In this document: positions 25,401 to 37,600 of the stretch, one piece after another
Numbering within the stretch: position 1 is the stretch's first letter
Layout: the number at the start of each line of letters is the position of its first letter
NCBI GenBank assembly: GCA_950097015.1
Contig: CATNEN010000039.1
Location: 19,840,001-19,904,000 of the forward strand
Direction of reading: 5' to 3'
DNA from: Macrostomum hystrix
Lineage: Eukaryota > Animalia > Platyhelminthes
DNA: 64,000 bases
The notes under the pieces: generated by a model
Seen by the model: the letters and a program-made list of their open reading frames with translations, nothing else
The model's database searches: none
What the model was told of the DNA's origin: nothing
Program-made: the position numbers and the translations under genes

Positions 25401-28400
25401 AAATGATACCTGTTCCACGAAGTCTAAACCTGATAAATGATACCTGTTCCACGAAGTCTAAACCTGATAAATGATACCTGTTCCACCAAGTCTAAACCCG
25501 ATAGATGATACCTGTTCCACCAAGTCTAAACCCGATAAATGATACCTGTTCCACCAAGTCTAAACCTGATAAATGATACCTGTTCCACCAAGTCTAAACC
25601 TGATAAATGATACCTGTTCCACCAAGTCTAAACCTGATAAATGATACCTGTTCCACGAAGTCTAAACCTGATAAATGATACCTGTTCCACGAAGTCTAAA
25701 CCTGATAAATGATACCTGTTTCACCAAGTCTAAACCTGATAAATGATACCTGTTCCACCAAGTCTAAACCTGATAAATGATACCTGTTTCACCAAGTCTA
25801 AACCTGATAAATGATACCTGTTCCACCAAGTCTAAAGCTGATAAATAATACCTGTTCCACGAAGCCTAAACCTGATAAATGATACCTGTTTCACCAAGTC
25901 TAAACCTGATATATGATACCTGTTCTGCCTAGGCTAAACCAGTTTTTATGATATATTCTTATCACAATTCAGGGCCAGATAACGGTGTGGCACTTGGAAG
26001 ATCGCCGAGTTTGCGGCCTCCTCAACGAGGCTCATCCGTCGGCCGCGATCACCGGCCTGACCTGCCTGCATTCTCAGCCGCTCCTAGTTAGCGCCGGAGT
26101 TGACAATTGTCTGCGCATCTGGATCTTCGATCGGCCGGGCGACCATCTTCCCAGACTGTTGCATCAGCGCTCCGGGCATAGCAAACCTCCAACTGACGTG
26201 CACTTTTACGCCGGCTCCGGCGTAGGCGGCGTCTTCGGCGCCGACCTGCTGAGTGTCGGGCTCGACAGCGGTGTCAGATTGTTCAGCCTGGAATCGGAGA
26301 GTCTTAGCCGCTGCCTCGGCAAGGCTAAGCGCAGCGGAAAATCACTCGGTCAAATAATGCCGCCATTTAGCGCCATTTCCTGCGAACCTGCCAGGTTGGT
26401 GTGGGATTATCTTCCCGCCGATTTAGACGATTCCTAAATATTCGGACGATTCCTAACTCTTTAGACGATTCCTAACTCTTCAGACGATTCTAAAATATTC
26501 AGACGATTCCTAAATCTTCAGACTGTTCTTACATCTTCAAACGGTTCCTAAATCTTCGGACGATTCCTAAATCTTCGGACAATTCCTAACTCTTCCGACG
26601 ATTCCTAACTCTTCGGACGATTCTAAAATATTCTGATGATTCTAAAATCTTCTGACGATTCCTAACTCCTTGGACGATTCCTAACTATTCAGACGATTCC
26701 TAAATCTTCAGACTATTCTTACATCTTCAAACGGTTCCTAAATCTTCGGACGATTCCTAAATCTTCGGACAATTCCTAACTCTTCCGACGATTCCTAACT
26801 CTTCGGACGATTCTAAAATATTCTGATGATTCTAAAATCTTCAGACGATTCCGAAATCTTCTGACGATTCCTAACTCCTTGGACGATTCCTAACTCTTTG
26901 GATGATTCCTTACTCTTTGGACGATTCCTTACTCTTTGGATCCTTACTATTTGGACCATTCCTTACTCTTCAGACGATTCCAAACTCTTTAGACGATTCT
27001 AAAATATTTAGACGATTCCTAAATCTTCAAACGGTTCCTAAATCTTCGGATGATTCCTAAATCTTCGGACGATTCCTAACTCTTCGCATGATTCAGAAAT
27101 ATTCTGATGATTCTAAAATATTCTGATGATTCTAAAATATTCTGATGATTCTAAAATATTCTGATGATTCTAAAATCTTCAGACGATTCCTAAATCTTCG
27201 GACGATTCCTAAATCTTCGGATGATTCCTAAACCTTCAAACGATTCCAAAGTCTTAAGACGATTCCTAACGTTTCAAGCGATAGCAATTTTTTAGAGTAA
27301 AAAAATCGAACAAACAATTCTAATTGTACGGACGATTCTAAAATCTTCCTTCCGACGGCTCCAAATTCTTTGGGACGATTCCAAAATCTTCCGATCGATT
27401 CTAAAATCTTCGGACGATTCCAAAACTCTCAGATGATTGTGACAATCGGACGATATCGATGTTCGCAAACGATTACTAGATTTTATATAATTCAGAAATT
27501 TAAACTGTTCTATAATCGGTATTTAATATACTATTCATTAAAACAAATCGATAATTGACAGACACGGCGACTGGTGCACAATGGTGGCCTGCCACTCCGG
27601 CAGCCGTCTGGCAACCACCTGGGATGTGCGCAAAGGTTGCCAGGGTCAGCTGCGACTCGAGCCGCGTCACATGACCGCCAACGAGGCCGTCTATAAGTCA
27701 GCCGTAGCGGCCAGTGTCGACATTAGCGGCTGCGGCAATTTTGTTCTGATTGGCTACAGCACCGGTCACGTGATTCGTTACAATGTCCAATCCGGACGCG
27801 AAGCTAAGCGACCGTACGAGCCGACACTGCCGGCTGCCGCTCTCTGTGTTCGCTGCGACGCCTACAATCGCATGGCCCTGGCTGTGGATGTCAACGGCTG
27901 CGTCAGCGTCTACGCATTCAAACGCGGTCATCGGCTAGCCATGTTGAACGCTTTCAATCATAATGGCGACAGTTCGGCTGCGTCCTGTGCCACAGCGGCC
28001 GAGCTGCACCGACCGTCCGGTTTGGTGGCCGTGGCCTCTTCAACAGCCGAGATAGTAATCTACCAGTTGTCGCCGTCGATGTCCAGCCCGACTCGAGCTC
28101 TGGCCTGCGCTCGCGGCCCTATTAGTAGACTCAAATTTAGTCCCGATGGCGCCTGGCTTCTAGTCGCCGTTGAAAGCTGCCTGTACACCTACTCGGTTCT
28201 GCTGGGCTGCCTTATTGACAAGCTTGACTGCGGCCAGCAGCCGATTGAATGCTTCGATATGTCTCCTACTGGCGACCTGCTGGTCACCGGGCACAAGGAC
28301 CGGCTGGGCTTACAGGTGAGCTAGACTGCTTCTGTCTGTATATTATGGTCTTTGGTTTCTCTGCTGGATATGTGTACATGTCTGCTTGGCGATGCGTGTT

Positions 28401-30093
28401 CGTCCAATTAGTCTGTCCTAGGTGTGTCTGTCCTAGGTGTGTCTGTCATAGGTGTGTCTGTCCTAGGTGTGTCTGTCCTAGATGTGTCTGTCTGTCCTAG
28501 GTGTGTCTGTCCTAGGTGTCTGTCCTAGGTGTCTGTCCTAGCTGTGTCTGTCCTAATTGTGTCTGTCCTAATTGTGTCTGTCCTAATTGTGTCTGTCCTA
28601 ATTGTGTCTGTCATAGGTGTGTCTGTCCTAGGTGTCTGTCCTAGGTGTGTCTGTCCTAGATGTGTCTGTCTGTCCTAGGTGTGTCTGTCTGTCCTAGGTG
28701 TGTCTGTCCTGTTAGTTTTGTTATATCTATCAAATTCAATGGCCATCCAATCTCACCTAACTCATCTCATCTAATACAATCTCATCTAACCAGGTTTGGG
28801 TTAACAGCACGCTATTTAAGCCGCTAATTGGCGGCCTCACAGCCGACTCTGCTGCTATTCTACCGTCAAGCTCTTCGTCTAACGACAATACCGACGGTCT
28901 AGTGACCCTGACCGGCCTACCGCCGGGTCGTTGGCAGTGCCTCTCCGACCTGGACGCCATACGGGCTCGAAATGCCATCAGCCAACCCCTGATACCCAAG
29001 GCTGCTCCGTTCTTTTTAACCGGCGGCTCCTCTGCAGCCACCGCCGCTGCCGACGAGCCCGAAGGCGCCGGCTCCAAGCGGGCTCCATTGTTGCTAACTT
29101 CGGAGTTCTCTCGTCGACTACTAATAGCGACGACTGCAGACTCCGACGACGATGATAAGGATGCCAAACTGATTGAGTGTGTAGCCTATTTGGAAGGCCT
29201 AAATCCTACGGCCATCGATTCGGAGATTCGCGACTTGTCCGACGACGCGTTCGGCGCCTTCCTGACGGCTTCAGTGGCCTGCTTGAAGCGCGGAGTGCAC
29301 TTTGAAACTAGTCAGGTTAGCTGCAACCTGAGCTAGATTTTCTTTGAAATTGTGCCTTTGGAATCTTTCCAAGTACTTTAGAGTGGAATCTTCCCTAGTA
29401 CTTTTAAGTGGAATTTTCCCTAGTGCTTTAGAGTGGAATCTTCCCTAGTGCTTTAGAGTGGAATCTTCCCTAGTACTTTTAAGTGGAATTTTCCCTAGTG
29501 CTTTAGAGTGGAATCTTCCCTAGTACTTTTAAGTGGAATTTTCCCTAGTGCTTTAGAGTGGAATCTTCCCAAGTACTTTAGAGTGGAATCTTCCCAAGTA
29601 ATTTAGAGTGAAATCTTCCCTAGTACTCTAGGGAGGAATCTTCCCTAGTACTTTAGTGTGGAATCTTCCCAAGTACTTTAGTGTGGAATCTTCCCAAGTA
29701 CTTTAGAGTGAAATCTTCCTAAAGTACTTTAGAGTGAAATCTTCCCTAGTACTCTAGGGAGGAATCTTCCCTAGTACTTTAGTGTGGAATCTTCCCAAGT
29801 ACTTTAGTGTGGAATCTTCCCAAGTACTTTAGTGTGGAATCTTCCCAAGTACTTTAGAGTGGAATCTTACAAGATGTTGTCTTCAATTTCAGTCCTACCT
29901 TAACGTATTCCTCCGTCATCACGGCGTTGCTATGGCAACAGCCGCCTTAGACGAGTCTGAAGATTGCCGAACAGCGCTGGCTAATCTTCGACAAGTTCAG
30001 CGTCGAGTTTGGTCTCGAGTAGCGGACGCAATGCAGGAGACCGAGTGCCTGCTAGCCTACACGCGCGAGGGCCTGGTTGGCCACGCTATGTGA
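22492..30093 (+). CDS. WDR36: WD-repeat protein 36 / UTP21 (SSU processome), 6 exons
   Basis: Exons 22492-22626, 24381-25007, 25973-26394, 27562-28315, 28794-29315, 29893-30093. Motifs VFSPYRSVG, HPFLYTNKIVLGS, FRTDGQP, DNCLRIWIFD..RLL..RSGHSKPP, SGCGNF.LIGYSTG, Utp21 C-terminal LD.IRARN..PKAAPFFL and SQSYLNVFLRHHG. Confidence 0.93.
22690..24265. repeat. 42-bp minisatellite, WDR36 intron 1
   Basis: Unit CTGTTAGACAGGTTTCCTAACATGTTACAGTTGGCTATCAAA. Confidence 0.97.
24311..24374 (+). mobile_element. Family-A SINE head (tRNA-like part only) abutting the WDR36 exon 2 acceptor
   Basis: ATTGTAGCGTAGTGATTAAAGCGTCGGACTCAC...AAGGTCGAGGGTTCGATTCCTG matches the heads of the copies at 31084 and 31490. 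Confidence 0.75.
25033..25940. repeat. 34-bp minisatellite, WDR36 intron 2
   Basis: Unit TACCTGTTCCACCAAGTCTAAACCTGATAAATGA. Confidence 0.95.
26422..27430. repeat. ~19-bp degenerate minisatellite, WDR36 intron 3
   Basis: Unit GACGATTCCTAAATCTTCG. Confidence 0.9.
28410..28710. repeat. 15-bp minisatellite, WDR36 intron 4
   Basis: Unit GTGTGTCTGTCCTAG. Confidence 0.9.
29355..29870. repeat. 25-bp minisatellite, WDR36 intron 5
   Basis: Unit AGTGGAATCTTCCCTAGTACTTTAG. Confidence 0.92.
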
Positions 30094-30184
30094 CCCGCTG
30101 ACCTGCCTTTGATGACTCATTTTGGCTTGATTTACGAGTACTGCTGGCTCTTCCACTTTTTTAATAATTATTTTTGCCGCTAGA

Positions 30185-30780
30185 CGCATTGTAGATCCAC
30201 ACGGTTGACTCATTGTAGACCCACACGGTTGACTCATTGTTGATCCACACGGTTGACTCATTGTTGACCCACACGGTTGACTCATTGTAGACCCACAGTT
30301 GACTCATTGTTGATCCACACGGTTGACTCATTGTAGACCCACACGGTTGACTCATTGTTGATCCACACGGTTGACTCATTGTTGACCCACACGGTTGACT
30401 CATTGTAGACCCACAGTTGACTCATTGTTGATCCACACGGTTGACTCATTGTAGACCCACACGGTTGACTCATTGTAGACCCACACGGTTGACTCATTGT
30501 AGACCTACACGGTTGACTCATTGTTGACCCACACGGTTGACTCATTGTTGACCCACACGGTTGACTCATTGTTGATCCACACGGTTGACTCATTGTTGAC
30601 CCACACGGTTGACTCATTGTTGATCCACACGGTTGACTCATTGTTGATCCACAGTTGACTCATTGTTGACCCACACGGTTGACTCATTGTTGATCCACAC
30701 GGTTGACTCATTGTAGACCCACAGTTGACTCATTGTTGACCCACACGGTTGACTCATTGTAGACCCACAGTTGACTCACA
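30185..30780. repeat. 24-bp minisatellite downstream of WDR36
   Basis: Unit TTGACTCATTGTTGATCCACACGG. Confidence 0.95.
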
Positions 30781-31083
30781 GTACAAAAGTTTCCCTAGAA
30801 CTATAGACCCAAATAGCTGTCTATGGTCCCAATTAGTTAATGTTATCCGCCAAATTTTCTACCGCAGACTTCGACAGACAAGCTAGAAATTGTCATCAGC
30901 AGGACTAATTAAATCACTTTTTACAGCATTGGCATTTCAACTCTTATTGAAGCTGTTTGGTAAATTTGTTGCTTTTCTTTTTAAACTTCTTCTCTGTACT
31001 CTATTAAACTATGAATGATTCGTTGAATTTGGACAGAAAAAATTATGGAGTTTGTCTTGCATCAGTTTCTTTTCTTTTGTTGT

Positions 31084-31345
31084 AGGTTGTAGCCTAGTAG
31101 TTAGGGCGTCGGACTCACGACTTGAAGGTCGGGGGTTCGATTCCCGACTCCACTGGAACAATTTGTGTCCTTTAGCAAGACACTTAACTCTGCATTGCTT
31201 CAGTTCACCCAGCTGTTAAATGGGTACCAGCATCAGCTGGGATAATTGAAGGTGGATGCGGCGTCCCCCCAGTCCATGGACTGAACAGCTGTACGCAGCC
31301 TTCAGATGCGCCGCGCATTAGCTGCGGCTGTACTGTCGGCTGGGT
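31084..31345 (+). mobile_element. tRNA-derived SINE with CORE-like domain (family A)
   Basis: A-box TAGCCTAGTAG and B-box GGTTCGATTCC, followed by TGTGTCCTTTAGCAAGACACTTAACTC...CAGCTGTTAAATGGGTACC, which resembles the CORE-SINE domain. Confidence 0.8.
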
Positions 31346-31350
31346 ACCTA

Positions 31351-31490
31351 ATGCTGGTACCCATTTAACAGCTGGGTGAACTGTGGCAACGCAGAGTTAA
31401 ATGTATTTTGTTAAAGGACACTAATTTTCAGGAATCGAACCCCCGACCTTTCGGTCGTGAGTCCGACGCTTTAACCACAAAGCTACAATA
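31351..31490 (-). mobile_element. Second family-A SINE copy, inverted (tail-to-tail)
   Basis: Imperfect reverse complement of 31087-31233, e.g. ATGCTGGTACCCATTTAACAGCTGGGTGAAC and GGAATCGAACCCC..GTGAGTCCGACGC. Confidence 0.8.
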
Positions 31491-31539
31491 CTCAATCACA
31501 ACGTCCCTATTAATAGAATCCTGTCTTTTTGGCAATATA

Positions 31540-31857
31540 TTTTTAGATTATAAACTGTTTACTGCTCTACTGTAAGTAGACTAAACTGACCTGATTTTAC
31601 TGCAATTTCAAATTGAATATTTCCTGTTAAACACCTCGCGACACGAGACCATTGAGTTAGACTTTCTGCTTATAAAGAGAAAACCTCGTAAAGCGATTCG
31701 AACTCTCGACCTCTCAGTTAGAATTTCGAAACTCTAAACACTTGGCTGCAACCTCCATTCATCGGGAATTAGTTTTTTTGTTTTTTTAATTTCCAAAGTG
31801 CATACTTTTCTACTGTAAGTAGACTGATCGGATATTTTTCGATTATTTTAATTTCAG
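31540..31857 (+). promoter_or_regulatory. Two TCTACTGTAAGTAGACT motifs and a TTTCAG acceptor before BORCS5
   Basis: Motifs at 31566-31582 and 31809-31825; AG at 31545-6 and 31856-7. Confidence 0.55.
31690..31757 (-). mobile_element. tRNA-like SINE head (family B)
   Basis: Reverse strand reads GGAGGTTGCAGCC...CTGAGAGGTCGAGAGTTCGAATC, matching the copy at 34274. Confidence 0.6.
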
Positions 31858-31932
31858 TCTTCGCAACTAAGCACGTTTAGCAACTGAACTGTTCATTGAA
31901 TCAGTTAACAGTTATAGGCGTCTAAGGTTGCC

Positions 31933-33479
31933 ATGGGCAACGAGTCAAGCAGCGGCGGTTCGTCAGAGAAGCGACGAGAAGATCGTCATCTGTTTGCGTC
32001 GGCTTCCACCGCCGCCTACCCCGCCGGCTCGGCTGCCAAACTACCGGGCAATCACTACTCGGTCAATAGGCCCATTGGTAGCGATTCTAGTCCGCCGCAG
32101 TCCAATTTTAATCTCCGCTCCGTACAAGCTGGAGCGTCGGGCTCAATTGCCGCCGCCGCTTCGTCATCGACGTCATCGACAGTCGACGATGGCAAGCATC
32201 GAATTATTGTCGTCAATTCCGGTCCGCGCCAGGATGCCGCAGCCAGCGACGAATTGCGCGCCCTGGCCACCCTGCCAACTTTCATGCCGCTAATCAAATC
32301 TTCGGCATCGGCGACCAGTCATTCCGACGCCTCCTTGCCGCCGTCAGCCGAGCGGGTGGATCATCGCAGCCTGTTGCACTTCTGCGCTCGCTATCAGGAA
32401 CATCTGAAACAATGCGCCGAGGCTGTGGCCTTCGATCAGAATTCGCTGTGCGGCAGGATCAAAGAGTTGGAATCTAGCTCCAAATCTATTCAGGATGGCC
32501 TACAGGAGAGGCACAAGAAATTTCAAAGACTAGCCGAACAGATTCACAAGGTTACTGAGCTTCGCAGCATGCTGGCTAGGATGAGAAGTCACGCCAGGTG
32601 GGTTTGATAACGATAATTGGCTTGTGTATTGGCATGAGTAGAAAGTTATATTTAGTTTATATAATCTTTTAAAACTGTGTAATCTAGAAAAGAACTAAAT
32701 TGTAATTAATACTATAGTTCTGTATAGAAAAGTCAGTTGAATCAGGTAATTAGGGTGGTGTAATTTTGATTTTTAAATATTGTAATCAAGGTAATAGAAT
32801 GATGTAATCGACATAATGGAATGATATAAACAAGGTAATGGAATTGAGTAATCTAGACAATCGATTAGTGAAATGAATACAATGGATTGGCGTAATGAAG
32901 ACAAATGGTTGGTTTAATGAAGACAAATGGTTGGTGTAATGAAGACAAATGGTTGGTGTAATGAAGACAATGGACTGGTGTAATGAAGACAAATGGTTGG
33001 TTTAATGAAGACAATGGACTGGTGTAATAAAGACAAATGGTTGGTTTAATGAAGACAATGGACTGGTGTAATGAGGACAAATGGTTGGTTTAATGAAGAC
33101 AATGGACTGGTGTAATGAAGACAATAGATTGGCGTAATGAAGACAAATGGTTGGTTTAATGAAGACAAATGGTTGGTTTAATGAAGACAATAGATTGGCG
33201 TAATGAAGACAAATGGTAGGTGTAATCAAAACAATGGAAGGGTTTAATCGCATTGTTAATCGCAAGATAATTCGCATTGTTCACCGCTCCAGGCATCTCG
33301 GAGCTCTAATGGAAGAGATCAACTCAGGCCTGCCGGACGACTGTCAGTTGGAGCCATTTTCTTGGCAATCAACTTTGCCCCAGCAACAGCAGCAGCAGCA
33401 GCAATCGTCTGACAGTGTCCCTACAGCTTCAGGACCTACTGTCTCCTTGCCAAATAGCGCCGGTTCTGTCAATGAATAA
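31933..33479 (+). CDS. BORCS5: BLOC-1-related complex subunit 5 (myrlysin/LOH12CR1), 2 exons
   Basis: Exons 31933-32597 and 33293-33479 (phase 2). N-myristoylation-type start MGNESS; IIVV, LPTFMPLIK, RYQEHLKQCAEAVAFDQN.L..RIKE, C-terminal INSGLP..LEPF. Confidence 0.9.
32880..33230. repeat. 22-bp minisatellite, BORCS5 intron
   Basis: Unit TAATGAAGACAAATGGTTGGTK. Confidence 0.9.
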
Positions 33480-34273
33480 TTACATGCAGTACCAGTGTTT
33501 TGTTACCGAACAAGTTAATCGAAGAAAAAAATGGTCATTCGGATAATAGAGTTTTTGTTGCATAATAAATTTGATCAGTGATAAATTGTCAATAATTTAA
33601 GGCTTAATAATCAACAGTATATTATTACTGTAAAAATCGTAGTAAATGTATTTATGCCAATAAAATAAATCAACAACTTTTCGTTGCTACTTTAGTAAGT
33701 AGTAAGTAGTATATGCAGTTTTTTACATTGTTCTTCACGACTATAAAATGAGTTTATTTATAGAACCAATCCATTTTTAATTACGTCTGTAGATTTTTTG
33801 TAAAATCACCTGCTGATTAATAAAACTGAGAATGGTAAATTATTTGCATATGCTTTGTATTATAATCGTTACACATAATTCATATTTAAATACATTCAAT
33901 ATAGACACGATTTTTACTGCGTGTTTTTTCAATTAAATAAGTATTTTGTTTTGGTAAAAATTTCTTTTTAAGTAAGTCAGGTCTATTAAAAGTAAGAAAT
34001 TTCCAAACATATTTGCACCATTTGTGACGTTTCAAATCGTGACGAAAGTTTTTGTCCTTATGTGTAACAGTTTTTCGACACATATCGGATAGTTTGATTA
34101 TAATATCTCTATGGAATTTTAACATTTGATGTGAGGCAAAATGTAAACAATTATTGTGCAATTTTTCACTACATATCGGCATTTTTTATAAATCTACAAT
34201 TAATTGTAAATAAAGAGAAATTAAATGGATAAAAAGCAATTTTTGTTTACAGAAAAAGAATACTAACATATGA

Positions 34274-34352
34274 GGAGCTTGCAGCCCAACTGGTCAACCT
34301 TGTAGCTTCGGACTTCTGACTGAGAGGTCGAGAGTTCGAATCCCACCCCAGG
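34274..34352 (+). mobile_element. tRNA-like SINE head or pseudo-tRNA (family B)
   Basis: GGAGCTTGCAGCCC...CGGACTTCTGACTGAGAGGTCGAGAGTTCGAATCCC; B-box present, acceptor stem does not pair well. Confidence 0.6.
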
Positions 34353-34619
34353 AGCTGCACGTCCTTAAACATTTGTACACATGGGTAACATAAAGTTTTC
34401 GATGCATGTCGAATAGAAAATTATCATCTCGATATATTTGAAGCTGGAAAATCGTCTAAGGCAGTTAAATCTGTTTTCCTACAATTTGTTAATACATATC
34501 GGCAGATTTTTTAGGTATAGAAGTTAAGTAATAAGTTATTCTAATTTACCGGGACTAAAACAATATAAATAATTTCTTTCTTAAAGCCAGGCGCAAAACC
34601 GGTTTAAACTAGTCTCGGC

Positions 34620-37600
34620 ATGCCGCTAAACGTCAACATTGGCGTCCTGGGTCATGTGGACAGCGGCAAGACTTCGCTGTCTAAAGCGCTGAGCACTCAG
34701 GCCAGCACGGCCAGCTTCGATAAGAATCCGCAGAGTCAGGAGCGCGGCATCACTCTCGATTTGGGCTTCTCCACATTCAGCGTAGCCTTCGTTGACAAAG
34801 CCGACGACGATAGCAGCGAGACCAAGTCCTGGCGCGAGTTGCCCATCGCCCTATCCGAGCGTTGGGGCGGAGCCACCGAGCTGCAGTTCACCCTAGTTGA
34901 CTGTCCTGGTCACGCTTCGCTCATCAAAACTGTCATCGGCGGCGCACAGATCATCGACGCCGTTATGCTGGTCGTGGATGCTACCAAAGGTATTCAGACT
35001 CAAACGGCCGAGTGTCTGGTTCTGGCTGAGATCGTCTGCTCTAGTCTCGTTCTCGTCATTAACAAGGTTGGTCTAAAGTAGAACTCCTGTTCATTGAGCC
35101 TATGAACTTCTTGTTTGAGTTCTTCCAATCTGCTCCCCAATTCTCCCCATTCTGCTTCCCGATTCTCCCCAATTATTCTCCCCTATTTTCATTTTGTCTG
35201 CTCCCCAAATTCTCCCCATTCTGCTTCCCGATTCTCACGCATTTTGCTCCCCATATTTCCCCAACTCTCCCCAATTCTGCTCCCCTTAGTTACCCAATTC
35301 TCCCCCATTCTGCTCCCCATATTTCCCCAATTCTCCCAAATTATGCTCCCTATATTTCCCCAATTATGCTCCCCATATTTCCCCAATTCTCCCCCATTCT
35401 GCTCCCCATATTTCCCCAATTCTCCCCCATTCTGCTTCCTGATTTTCCACCATTCTGCTCCACAGTTTTCTCTCACTCTGCTCCTAAATTCTTCCCCGTT
35501 CTGCTCCCCGATTCTCCCCCTATTCGTCTTTACGATTCTCCCAAATTCCACCCCTAATTCTGCTCCCTAATGCTTCCTACTTGCAATTCAATTGATCGAT
35601 ATTTTTCCGCATCTCACTGTCCTTGGTCAGATCGACCTTCTGCCTGAAGCTGAGCGTGAGCGCTCTCTAGATCGACTCACTAAGCGCCTGCTCAAGACCC
35701 TAGCCGATTCTAGATTCGCCAACTGTCTAGTAGCCGCCGTAGCCGCCAGTCCCGCTTCAGCGGATGCCGCCGCCGACGCCCCATCAGCGTCTGCCCTCGG
35801 CCTAGCCAATCTAGTCCGGCTGCTGGTTGCCACGGCTCCCGTACCAAATCGATCTCCGGCCGGCCCGATGCTATTCGCTGTGGATCACTGCTTCGGCATA
35901 CGCGGCCAGGGCACTGTGCTCACCGGCACCCTGCTGTCTGGCTGCCTGCGCGTCGGCGACACTGTCGAAGTGGCACACGAACAACGCAAAGTCAAGGGCA
36001 TGCAGGTTGGTTAATTGAAACAGTAGAGAGACCACTGCCTTCTTCATGATAGCCCAAACCGAATGATACGATTTTCGTGAAATTCCTTCAAATGGATCGA
36101 AACTTTCCGCCCTTAACGACGAACCAACTTTCAAAGCCGTACGAGCATCGTCAAGATGTTCAGCGATTCTTGTCGAAGACCCTGGTGACAAGGACAGCTG
36201 ACATTGCTCAGTATAATCCATATTGGTTAAAAAATTAATTAATTAACAATAATAGCCGACATGGTAAAAAATGAAATTTGGTGAGCAGAAAAAATATGCC
36301 AATATTGGTGGTTTTTGTCACCAGACACCGACAAAAATCGTTGAATATTTCGACGATGCCGATGCTGGTGGGTATATGAAGTACCCCCGTACTTCATTCT
36401 GTTCTTCTGTTAATAAACTTGCAAGATTACTTCGTGTTTAAATGTCTTCCTCTCTCTCTTCTACCAGGGATGTACTGTAAAACATATGATATTAGCTGGC
36501 CCAACATGATTCAGCTTGCAAAAGGTAAATTCAACAATAGCAAGAGTGGCTGGAGTCACTTAAGATAGAGCAGTTAGCTCAAATTCTTAGTTATTCAGTT
36601 ATTCAACTTGAGAATATTCGAAAACTTGCTCACAGCAACCTGCGAGCTTGTCATCGCCAATTAGCATTCCTTCGCACGGCTTCCTTCTGCTTGCGCTTCT
36701 GAAGTTGCTCACGTTCCTTGTGTAGGTTTTCAATATCCTGCTCTGCGCGCTAAGCAGCAGTTGGTGTGCTGCCTCTTTCTCCTTTATCTTTACCTCAAGC
36801 TCCTTTCACCTTCTCAACCAGCTTCTCTTCGAGACTTGAGATCTGCTTGAACCGCTTAACGGTATGCACTTCTGCAAAAAAGAATGTCTTCAGCTCCCTT
36901 GCGCGCCTCTATTCCTCAGCGGCTACGCTAAGCCGCTTCTACGTTTGGCGTCGTCCCACGCGTCGCCGCAACAAAAAAACCGTCGTCGTTCGTCGACAGG
37001 GCAGTGCGAAGCACCCAATCGAGCACCAGAACGTACAGGAACGGCGTCAGCGTATCCCCTTAAAGCACCCGGGAGGATGTGTCAAAAGGATCCGTTAGAA
37101 CGTCCGGTGTCATCACAGCAGCTTTTGTTTCGTGGTACAGCGACATTACGGTGGAAACCATTCCGCTGCTCTGCTACGTTGTAAGCGCGAAACACTTGTA
37201 GCGCGGCCCTCAACACTGAGTCGAAAGCCTTCCTGAAATCGATGAAGATCAGGATGAGGGTCAGCTGACGGATTCGCGCTTCCTCGATGATTCAGCGAAA
37301 AGCTAGGATCTGCACCACTGTGCCGCGATGGGACCGGAAACCGTTCTGCTCAGACCGTAGGTACGGATCCAGCACGGGCTGCAACCGCGTTAGCTGTATC
37401 TGGTTAAACAGCTTCGCTGCGCAGGAATGCAGGCAGATGCGTCGGTGCTCCTCCAGCCATGTGGTGCTCGGCTTCTTAGAAATGGCGACGATGTGCGCCA
37501 TGCGCCACCGGACATCGTCTTTGATGACCGGTGCCACGCTAAAACTCTCTGTCTGCGTCTTCGGCGGCAGTCTCATGTTCTCGGGCAGCGGGGGTGGCGG

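Noticed and set aside
34274-34352. tRNA-Sec next to EEFSEC
   Set aside because: No UCA anticodon loop or long variable arm, and a poor acceptor stem. A related copy at 31690 points to a SINE.
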